DNA of 64,000 nt from Geosiphon pyriformis uo1 (taxonomy: Eukaryota > Fungi > Glomeromycota), in contig JAAOMT010000096.1 of assembly GCA_016748015.1 (NCBI GenBank), forward strand, positions 453,087 to 517,086, in the 5' to 3' direction. The translations under genes and the position numbers were made by a program. Shown here in pieces: positions 50,393-61,231 of this stretch (position 1 is the stretch's first letter; each line of letters opens with the position of its first letter). Under the pieces are notes generated by a model. It was not told the DNA's origin, searched no databases, and was given only the letters and a program-made list of their open reading frames with translations.

Positions 50393-51802
50393 TGTTACCA
50401 GTGGTTTTTGTCAGTATTAAAAAATATTTCTTAGCTCAACTGGTAACACACATTATCATGATTATGCTACTAACTATAGTATATTATGAGTGTATAGACT
50501 ATTTCAGTAAGTGAAAGAGCAAAAAAAGATATGTAATAAAGTTATTAAACATAAAAAAAAGTATTGTCATTATTGTTTATTTTTGGGCAAGAACCAGTCT
50601 TAGGTATTTTAAAGGGGAAAGAGAAGTCACATCTCTTTATATGTATTAGAAGTACAATTAGCAATAAGAAGAAACCAAAACTACTTAAAAAAATCATAAC
50701 CAGAATTTTTTCAATTAGTCATTAAAAAAGTGTGGTGTTCAAATATTTGCTTTGAAAATGAAGTTATAAGAATTATAAAAAAGATTATAAAAGTTAAACA
50801 TAACTGAAATAGATTTTGCTTAAACTTTTTATTATTGAGACTACTCTCTAATAACGTGATACTTTATTACTTATTTTTATATTTAATAACTTGTTTAGTG
50901 AAACAAAACTTAATGTGAAATAGTAATAACACATGATTTGAAAGATCAAAAGTAATAGAATAACTTGAAATGGTGATAACAAATATGTAAAAGATTATAA
51001 ACAATGTGATTCTAAATAATAATAAGGAATATGAGAAGGCATACTTGAGATTGTAATAACAAGTATTTAGAGCATAGAAAAAAGAAAAGAGAGTATGAAA
51101 GATAGAAGAAAGGACTAACTGCTTATTATAAAACTATAGTAAAGAGTTGGCTTAGTATTGAACTGATGCTTTTCTGAGCTGACAAAGAGGCTGTATATAT
51201 AGCTAAATTATATCAAATCTATATACTATATTAAGACTATTTAAAATACATCAATTATTTATACATTTTAATTTAATCAATTCATAATAAGCTTTACTTA
51301 GCATGTTATTTTCTCAAAGCTAGTGATTTTTAGATAATCAAATTTAGATGACTGGATCTAGAACATTAATTGTCAATCAATAATGCCAATTGTAATTATG
51401 ATCAACATAATTAGAAGTAGATCAATTGATTACATTTTTTGGTAACTACTTTTAACCATTGATTGCAGATCTGGAATATTAGATTGTTTTAATAAAGATG
51501 TATGAGAATTTTAGAGCATAACAAAGTCTGTTGTTATCTGATTACATATATTAATTATTTATTTTTATTGGTGTTTTTTAATTTACCAAGATTTTTTTGT
51601 ATCCAACTTAATTAAACTGTTAGATTGTGCCATATTTTTTTGTTGTAATTAGACTAATTGTTGATCATTTATTTTCAGATTGCCAGCTGATTTTGTTGAT
51701 TAAGTGTGATGATATAGGTTTTTTTTACATGATTTTGATGTTAATTTCTATTGTATGTGTTGTAATTTTTGCATTGAAAAGTGTGAAAATTTTCTGGTAA
51801 CA
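50393..51802 (-). mobile_element. Solo LTR, family C (1410 bp)
   Basis: Perfect 9-bp inverted termini TGTTACCAG/CTGGTAACA and 4-bp TSD ACAG. LINE ORF1 rejoins across it. Orientation is inferred from a minus-strand TATATATA near 51200. Confidence 0.8.
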
Positions 51803-51806
51803 ACAG

Positions 51807-52650
51807 ATTACATTGTTGTAACTAGATTAATATAATTTAAATAATTAAATTTAATCATAATCTTTTGCCACAGTCCCATTAATTGTATTTTAATTAACTT
51901 AATCTCTTTAAATTTAAATAATGCAATATAAACAACATTAACTAACATTTCAATTGGGATTTTTTTTATCATTACAGCTTGATTTGATAATAATATTTCT
52001 AATATTTGCCAATTTAGTTACTTGTGCCAAATTAAATTCAGAAATAAATGTTGTTTTAATGATTTCAATAAATTTTGAAGGAGTAGATGCTTCTTTTTAA
52101 AATCATTGATTTTTGAAACTAACTTTTTAATTGTTAAAAGCTTGTTTTAAGAAGATTTTTCAACAATATTACCCAAATTAATATTCAGAACAAACAACTT
52201 TTTAACAGAAATATTGACCAGATTTTTGAGAAAAAAGAAAAGAGCTGGTAAGACATCTAATAAAACATTATTATTTTTATTATTGAAAAAATTAATTTTT
52301 CTTAAAGGCATTCCCAATGTTTTCTTGGTTTTATTCATAGATTTTTCAGTGTTCAATTAGACTTTTTTTCATTAAAAGCATTATTTTTATTATAATTAAC
52401 ACTAGTTTTTTTTACCAAACACACCTTTTTTATATTAATACTATCAGATTCAGTAGTATTACCAGTTTCAAAGTTCTAAGAATAACTACTAATATCTTAG
52501 CAGAAATTATTTTATTCCTAATACTGTTTTTTAATGTATCATCTCATTTTTTCTTTTTAGAAAAAACTTGTTTACTATTACTATTAAGACCAGAATTCTT
52601 GATAAACTTTTTTATAACAGCAATACTAAAACCAACAATAGTTTTGTAAT
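51807..52650 (-). pseudogene. 5' portion of LINE-2 ORF1
   Basis: Decayed coding frame (includes 52147-52356 TLGMPLRKINF...KLFVLNINL), continuous with the downstream ORF1 pieces. Confidence 0.65.
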
Positions 52651-55600
52651 TAATTATACAAATTTTAAATTATATAATACTAAAAAGAATTTTTAATATC
52701 TTAATATGTTTTTTTATTTAATATTTATTTTAATAATTTAATATATTTAATAATAGTGTTATAATTGAAATTCACAATTTTTATTAGTTATTACATATAT
52801 TAGTTAATAATATCATATAATTAACCATCTTATTTTTAGATAATAATTATTAGTCTAATTAATTATCTAACTATTAACTTAATTATTAATCTGATTATTA
52901 ATTTGATTGTTGACTATTTTTAATAGTTATAAAAATGATAAGTTTTTTAGCTATAAAAAAACATAATCAAAGTAACAAAATAAAATTTATTATTAATTAT
53001 CTTTTTTTATATTGTTTATTTTTTTTTTTCTATTTTCAAATATTTTGAGATAAAAAATTACTTGTTGGCATTTACATATCTTATTTTTTTTCTTTTTAAT
53101 TTGTATTATTAATGTGTAAACACAAATGTGATAAATTAAGTTTAAAAAATTACTTAAAATAAAAGCACTAAATCTTTTTGGTTTAAAAGATAAATATTTA
53201 TTTATTAACATAAGTTCAAAAATGCATAATTCACATTTATAGTAATTTTATGTAATTAATATAAAAATGAAAAAACCAACCAATAAAAAAAACAATCTGC
53301 AATTAAAACTTTGACAGTTATGTTTTAAAATTAATTTTTACTAATGCAAAGTAATAACAAAAGTTTCAAAAATATCACTACTTTTTTTCCATTTCCAACT
53401 TTTCCCAAATAAATCTTTCAATAAAATTTACTATCCACATATGAACCAAGCGATGCCATTGGGTGAGAGTATAACGTAATCAACAGAACCTTGCCGTTTT
53501 TGCCTTCGATAAATTTATTCTGGTAAATCAGAATGGTGGCAAGAAACAAATAGACGTATATAGATTTTGTAGCTTCACTCGATACGTTAATGTGGGAGCA
53601 TTGAAGCGCTTCTTATATAGAATACAATGGGTAATTCGAAATCAATCATCATACTTCCGACTCGATCAAGAGTTTTTGCAGTATCGCTAAATGTGAATAG
53701 CCAGGAAACATCAACATTTAGAAGTGCCAAACTTTGAATTTGAAGAACAGCTAGACGATATTTAACACAACGGGAATTTGATAAACTTTCACATTTGATT
53801 ATTCTTTTTGCTAAAACCATAGAGCAAGCACACCTTTGGAAAATTTCAATTCATTAAATGCTCAAAGATATATGAAAGTGCTGTTACATTATATTTTGAT
53901 GACCTATAACCGACTATTTATGAATACGGGTTTTCAGATAAACCATGATTTTGAGAACATATTCGCAATCACAATCAAAAGCAATGTGTGCTCTTATTTA
54001 TGAAGCCGCTGCCACATCACCAGCCGTTCCCTAACTTCCTGCAGCTTTTGAAGATTCGGTGTGGACATTTTCATGAGGCTAGTGGCTAGAATTCCAAGTC
54101 AGTTATTGTGTGCTATAAATCAATTAACTGTGTCTTTGATTTAATTATCCCGTTTTACAAAGTGAGAGCCGTCCAGCGCAGTCTGAAAGTAGGGTGGCCA
54201 GCTAATTGAGAGTACTTGGGCCAAAAATATCTTCTTTGCCTTAATCATTATATTTCTTAGCTTTTGGTGGAAATGACATCACATAGATCGCCGCGGATTT
54301 AATTTATCCGCTTTAGGTTTTTGAGCATTCGCAATAAATTATATCAATAAAAGATTATGTCATTTTTAGATCACCACACCTTATGTAAGGTTCTATGCTC
54401 TTTATAATCGATGGTAACAAATCAAAAATTTGATATCGTCTTGTGTCAAGCATTAGGATGCTATTCGACAATTCCTCTTGGCAAAAGCAAAAATCCTACT
54501 TTACAATCCTGTTGCAATGAACAGCTAGTTTATTCCAAATTAGGGAAATTGGTTTGTTCCAAGCCTGAGAGCTATTGATGGCGTTAATTATAGAAAACCC
54601 AATGCAAAGCCTTTCCTTTATAGTAATTGGACCGTGCCATTTCGATTCATAAAATTGAGGTGGTTACAAAACGTGAAGGAACATCATTTCCAACTTTTTT
54701 TGCAGGATCACATTAAGATGCATTGTCGCTCCCTTTTCCAGGCCAATGTGATAGAGCAACCTGAAATAGACGTGTATTGATCGGAAACTCAAGTAGGCCA
54801 CAAAATTAAAGATGCATAATGCAGCAGGAGGTCTTGAATCGAATTGATAAAGGTAAATTTGATCAGACTGTTTGCAGAGCAAATTTTGGTAATACTTTGA
54901 TCGCAGGTATGGTCATTCAATTTCCTTTTTGATTGATTCGCAATTAGACATTCAGGTCAGCGCTCGCGAATTTTTTCTGTCGGATTGCTGTTTAACACTG
55001 CAGTTTAAAAGTTCACGTTCGCAGCGGCTTTATGATATGTGCATGTTGTACATTTTTTAATTAATCAGTATTTTTGGTTCGAGATTAACAAGTGAAACAC
55101 ATCCGGGATTACAAATTAAACTAATAAAAAAATGCAACCAAATATATTATAAGAGAAGATTCGCAAGGAATAGTCGCACTCCTTAAAAATATCTTGCATG
55201 TTAAAAATAAAAGTCGAGTCAAGAATTTGAAATTAAATTAAAAATTTCAAGAGTGTAGCCGAGATGATGAGACAACAAAATTGTTTATTTTATTTGATGT
55301 TTGAAAAATATTTTGACGCTCTCTCCGAATATTCTCCGATTACGTGTTCGTCGTTCTAAGTATTGCAATATTTGAATCGCAACGAATATTGGTTGTAACA
55401 GATACCTTCCTCTTTCAGTAATCATAATTCGACAAATCATCCAAAGGAGTAATAAACAAACATTTTTCCGGGATTGAAAAACACATGGCCTGAAATCCTA
55501 CCTTTTTAATTCAAACTGCATATGTATCTCTCGGACAATACGCCCTGGACGTAATTGCGCAGTACTGCATCTTGATCTTTGATTTGCTCCCGAATAAAAC

Positions 55601-55935
55601 TTGAGAGAATTAGAAGATAAATTGTCCCTGAGAGAAAAATTTTAAACTCTGTACGTTTCACCCACAAAAGTGCATCCTGAACTTTTGTTGGTGTTCCTTT
55701 ATCCATAAATGATACTACCATGCACCCAAATAATTCGGTGGTTTTTCGTTTTCGCGTGGTTTTTGTTTTGCATGCCAACTAATGTTCAATGACAACAAAG
55801 CTTATTATTTCTGTTACTTTTTACTTTGGTGCTTTGGCATTGTTTTGTTTGATCTTTGTTATGCTCACTGGTTCCCATTTATCGCCGGTTTCTGTGGTTT
55901 TATTTCAAAAGATGATTTTGTCGTCATCCGTATTA

Positions 55936-55974
55936 GTTGTTTTGTTTTGTTTTGTTGTGTTGTGTTGTGTTGTT
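55936..55974. repeat. (TGTTT)n/(TGTTG)n microsatellite
   Basis: Read directly from the sequence. Confidence 0.85.
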
Positions 55975-57569
55975 CAATGGCACCCTTTAAAACTTTCCAA
56001 AAAATCATCAGGATATCCATTTTTTGGGGAAACTCAATTTCAAAAAATGCGAAACTTTTGAAATCAGCGTTTTGTTGGATCTATGAACACATTTCCGAAT
56101 AATTCGTTAAAGATTATTGTAAATGGGGTAACGATCAGCAAAAGACCTGAAGCAATCCAGGGTGAATACTCATATAATGACGCGGTTTAGCGGACGAATT
56201 ATACAGGATATTGAAGAATTTCGACTATTCCTACTCACTGAGTTCTTATTTAGTTATTACGGTTTGTTTGGAATGAAACATGGCAAAATAATCCTGCATC
56301 AATGAATAAATCAATCATCTTCGCGCGGGAATCGAATTCAAACTATTAAACATAAGTCACGAGTTACCGATTTAAAATATTGAAAATATTGGGTCATAAT
56401 ATTGATACCTTTACTAAGCATTTACTGATAACAAGCGTTAAATCGGATCGTCCAATATTTTTTTTAAACGGGAATTTTACATTGCCAAACTTCAAGGAAT
56501 AAATTTTTGGGATTTACTTTGCCAGAGGAATTGAAAGTATGCAAAGAAGTTAAAGGAAAAAGTGAATAGGTCTGAATAGACTTTGGAAATGACCCTATTA
56601 GATCCGAGTGTTTTAGGCCATTTGTTAAGTGTTCTTAAATTGTAGCAATTTGAAACTAGATTTTGTAAACCTGTGAATGCCGCAATTCTATTAGTAACTT
56701 TTTCCAAATATACGGGGAATTATTCATAATTTATGACTTTGGACAAAATTGTTATGATAATGCTCGTTGAAAAGAATTGGGATTTAACAATGACAATAAA
56801 TTTGCGATTCCTGACATTATTCATGGCTTTGGTGTCTATGTAATAATGCAAAGTACTGGACCAAATCTGTTTTACTTCATATTGTTAGAGAAAATGCCTT
56901 CGTTACCTTTATTTGACCGACAATGAAAATCAAAAATAAATTCAGGCATCAAATATATTAAACTTTAATTAACCATACAAAGTAAACACCAAGAAAAATG
57001 TTTGATCATTAAAACAACAATGATTCAAGTTTTTTGGTAGTTGGTTTTTCCAATTCTTCTGAGGTTGAAGAATAAAAAATAATAGTTTAATCGGTCTTTG
57101 GTTCTGACTGAATATTCAATTTTTGGGTGTAGGCTCAGAACCCGAGGTATGATATTGTGGTCCAGGGAGAAGCGATAGTTAACACAGAATAGTTTCACTT
57201 TGTCTGTGGCAAAGTTTTTCCATCTCGTCAAGGGATTTTTATTTTTGATATCTCACCGATCATAACGATTTTCCTGTTTGTCTGTTGAACTTCTTTGTGT
57301 TGCAAGCTTTCTCTTTATAACAAGACAACAACATAGCAACACAACACCGTTCAATGTTAGACTTGGGACAACAGCTATCATCGCTGTTTTAGTTTGTTTG
57401 TTTCGGGAAGGATGTTCCAAAGTAACCTCCAGTTTTATTGGGTACACACCGTGTAGCATATTGTTATTATCGAATTGTAGTATAATATATGCATTTTGCG
57501 GTATGTATGCGTTGTTGGAGAGAACGAGAAGAGCAATCTCTGGAATTACACAAAACTGCAGAATTTCAA

Positions 57570-57875
57570 AGATACCGGCCTGATACCGGATTACGATTAT
57601 AATACCTTTTGATTGGCTGATTCCATGTCTCGTTCACCCAAACCTCTATTACATTTTTGAGCCACGATTGATTATGAGGTTGGGTAATCTGTCCCACCAT
57701 TCGGAAGCTTTTAATGCGCTAGCTGTGGGGGGTTGATGGATTTCTTTGGTTGACGTCTTGAGTGAAGTTACTTCCTCCCTCGCCAAATCTCCTTTCCCTC
57801 CTTTCCACCATTGCCCTTGCAGGCCCTTTCACTTTCCTTTAATTTCTTACTTTTTTCTGTCTTTCTCTTTTTCAA
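57570..57875 (+). promoter_or_regulatory. Probable core promoter of the homeobox gene
   Basis: Reverse CCAAT (ATTGG 57612), GATACCGG direct repeat (57571/57582) and a CT-rich tract at ~57771-57871, typical of fungal TSS regions. Confidence 0.4.
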
Positions 57876-58731
57876 AGTAGCAAAAACACCCAACTTTTTT
57901 AACTGCTCTTCTGAGTTTTGAACTCGACTTTCGTTCTCCTTATTTTTTTTTCTGCTAAAAAGCTGCTGCCTGCAAATATTTCTTTAATATTTGCGCAATC
58001 TGTAAAAGTAGTCTTCTCATAAAAGGGATACTATTCACCTCATCTCTTCAAGTTTTTTGATATTCTTGTTGCTATTTTTTCCTACTCCTCATAATATTCC
58101 CTTCGCAGTCTGGTGTCTTTTATCCCGACTACTCTGTCCAATATCTCTCAAACAGCTTACAAAGGTACCCTTTTGTAAAGGTAAGCTTTATCAAAATTAA
58201 TATAATCTAGTGCTTAAGAGCATATCTTGGAGCTTTAGAATTTGAGGTTTTTGAAAAAGAATTTCCTTTGAAGTATATGCTTCCTTATGGGTCCTGAAGT
58301 AACGTTTACTATTATTGCGTAATTGGATAGAAATTGAAACAGCATAGACTCTTAAACTAATGATCAAGCTACCAATAGGCTTGCTGCGTTTAATGTTTGT
58401 TTTGATTTTTTATATCACATATTATGATATCACCCAACAAGTTACTATACAAGTGAATAAAAATACTAATAATAATTCTTCTCTTTTCTTCTCTATACAT
58501 GGTTCTTTCCCAAATCAACTTCTTGCCATCAAAACTATCAAACTTGTCATCTATTGTCCGAATATATAAACTCAAAATTTTTATAAATTTCACGGTACTT
58601 TTATTATTCGATGATAAAAAGGTCACACCTCGCAAATAAAGTCGAGTTTCCACAACTGGGTCGAATTTCTTGGAAATTATTTGTCGCTCTCTTTTTCTTC
58701 TTTGTTTTTAAAAAAAAAGTCATCATCAATC

Positions 58732-59848
58732 ATGACCGATTATATGTTAGCCGAAAGGCCAAGCAAAAGAGCCTACCTTGGTTCCCAGTCCAGTTTCTAT
58801 GACAATGATGAACAATTCTTTGCTGCGGCTGATCCAGTTTACACATCAGTTCTTGGAATGTCCAATACATCTTCATCTATCATGCCTGATCTACAATCTG
58901 GCTCATGCGGTGGCGACAAGGAGGGCACCGCTAGGGAACTTTCGAGTTCTGGAAACTCGCTCAACCATTCAATCTCCAATCGTCCAGAGGCTCTTGATGA
59001 TGCCAAAATTGCAATCAATAAGGGCACTGATGCAAGCACAGACGTCCCCATAAACGATAGCTGCAAGGCTGAGCCAAGCAACCACAAGGAGATTGCCGAA
59101 TTAAACGGTAATAAAATTGGTAAATCTATTTCTTCCAAATCTCCGTCATCCACGTCCTCCCAACAGCAGCCGATTACCTCACCACCACCACCACCTACAC
59201 CCACAAATAACAAAAAGCGCACACGCGCTACCCCCGAACAGCTAGCAATTTTGGAAGAGACCTTCAAAACAAACACTTCTCCAAATAGCAAAGTTCGTGA
59301 AGCTTTGGCAGAAAAAGTGAACATGTCTGAACGTTCAATTCAAATTTGGTTCCAAAATCGTCGTGCAAAGATGAAGGCAATGCAGAAACGTGTTCATATG
59401 CTTCATGAAGAAACGATGAAAGCTCAATTCCTTGCCTGTATGCCTGGATATGGTCATAATTTGTATCCTTTCCGTATGCCGATGCATCATGCGCAACGGA
59501 TTGCACTTCCACGTTCCTACAGTGCTAATGATATTGTTCCAGGTTTGAATAATGTTGCAATTGCTCCTGGTATGAGAACTGCTCATTCAACGGCAGGTCT
59601 CGGGATTTCAATGCCGCAAGCTCCTCAAGGTTTCTGGGCTTCAGGACCAATGACGGCACCAATTCCTCAAATGAACCCTTCTGATCATAACATGATGAGT
59701 GGTTTTCCTTTTTCAGCCAATCAGCAATCGAGATACCCTATCTCACCCAGCGCTAGCCCAAATTCTAATGGAATGACCCCTCCTCAAACTTTGCGTCTTG
59801 TCGTAGACCCTTCAAATCCCACCGGTGGGATTCCAATCAAAGTGAACG
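58732..59848 (+). CDS. Homeobox transcription factor, Pho2/Phx1/HOY1-like, exon 1
   Basis: ATG at 58732. Homeodomain KKRTRATPEQLAILEETF...IQIWFQNRRAK at ~59212-59390. Donor G|GTATGT. Confidence 0.92.
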
Positions 59849-59936
59849 GTATGTTTGTTGCATAAATCCTTAAATATTATTAAATCAAAATTTTAATCTC
59901 ATAATTAAATCAATTGATCCAAATTCTTCCGTATAG
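59849..59936 (+). other. 88-bp spliceosomal intron (phase 1)
   Basis: GTATGT...TAG, AT-rich. Splicing joins exon 1 in frame (N-D-H-Q-V) to the 59996 ORF. Confidence 0.9.
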
Positions 59937-61231
59937 ATCACCAAGTATCCCTCTCAAACTCTCAGACTCAACAGTTCACCCCACCTCAAGAATTCATGAC
60001 CCCAAATTTCAACAATGATTCTATCTCTGTGTTACAATGTGAAACGCTAACCATCGGTAGCTGGCGTCGGATCTCGACAACTCCAACAGACCTCTTGTGC
60101 TATTATACTCTTCCATCAAAGATGTTCACATATCATATCACCAATAATAATCGTCATTTCAAAATGGAGTTTCCATTAACTGAGATCACCGCCATCGAAT
60201 TCCAACCCATCGATAATCTTTATAGTCAAATTGCCGTCGAGGTTAGAGATCCGCCAAATTTCTTTATGGAAGGATCTCATGGTCAATGGGCCATGTGTAC
60301 CGATTTCACTGAGGATAAACAAGCCACTCGTCATATGAGGCATGTAATGAAAGGCCGTACCGATTCATTGAAAAAACAATTGATCAAATTCATGCAAGAT
60401 GATCCTCAAATTGCTAAGGTCGTGTCCCTCCACGACTCTGCCAATGATATCAAGCATGAAATTGACATGGCTATGATGTGCAATGGTGATGATCAACATC
60501 CTACTAGTGAAGAACAGAATGCTCCACGCCGCTCATCTTTCCCAAGCGGTTCGATCGCCGAAAATTTGCGATTTGGAGAAGATTCCGGATCCCTCTCGGA
60601 TAGAGAAGTTGACATTAGAAATGCTGAGATTATGAGACAGCATTTTCGAACTCGTCGTTCAGCTTCGGTGCCCTTATCACCCTCTGATGAGTTTTCCGAC
60701 CATTCCGCTTCTGCTTTGAATAACGCAAATTCAGTCATAGGGGAAAACGCATCTTCTCTCCAAATTAATACTTCAGTCGCTTTTCTCGATTTATTCAAAG
60801 GTCACATGAACAATGTTGATAGCTCCCCTGACTTCTATTCATCGCCAATGGAACTTAACTCATCTTCCCCATCTACACCACTTGACGCTTATGATCATTC
60901 TCCTGATCTTATTCATACATCACCATTATTGGAACAAGATCCTTTTGTAACCTTATCACAACATAACCTTACCAATTTGTCAATCGAAACGACAACTAAT
61001 TCTTTATTCTCTGATGAACTTGCCGCCGCTTTGAGTGCCACCAATGGTTTACCTAGCGTAACTAATGAGGATTTTGCCAGTATGTTTATCGGTGTTAGTT
61101 CTGGTCACTCATCGGATGGTAGTGAATTTTTGAATTTTGGTGATTCTCTCGGTAATGGTGATAATCTTTCAAGTTCTAATCATGGCCTCGGCTTGGATTC
61201 CTGGGTTAGTGGAGATGTTGCCTATTGTTAA
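59937..61231 (+). CDS. Homeobox transcription factor exon 2 (total protein 803 aa)
   Basis: Contains CETLTIGSWRR...DLLCYY...FKMEFP...W..CTDFTEDKQA, the conserved second domain of Pho2/Phx1-type proteins, and an acidic Ser-rich tail. Confidence 0.92.

Larger units (their letters stand above)
9973..52660 (-). mobile_element. Second LINE (LINE-2 here), essentially full length, split by three LTR insertions in ORF1
   Basis: T-run tail at ~9973 and ORF2 to 14781. ORF1 reads across each TSD-bounded junction: GVITGN|RTV (39731/14926), TIYAK|YSA (49966/40090) and M*SV|LIEK (51807/50392). The 5' end is approximate. Confidence 0.8.

Noticed and set aside
53587-57583. Short ORFs upstream of the homeobox gene
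   Set aside because: They are 60-106 aa with no recognisable domains or coherent exon chain, and one spans a microsatellite.
58681-58731. TTG start given by the ORF track, and treating 58681-59865 and 59996-61231 as two genes
   Set aside because: The first ATG is at 58732, and a canonical 88-bp intron joins the two ORFs in frame.
59212-59390. Mating-type HD1/HD2 locus
   Set aside because: It is a single gene with the Pho2/Phx1-type second domain, and no divergent partner homeodomain ORF lies upstream.
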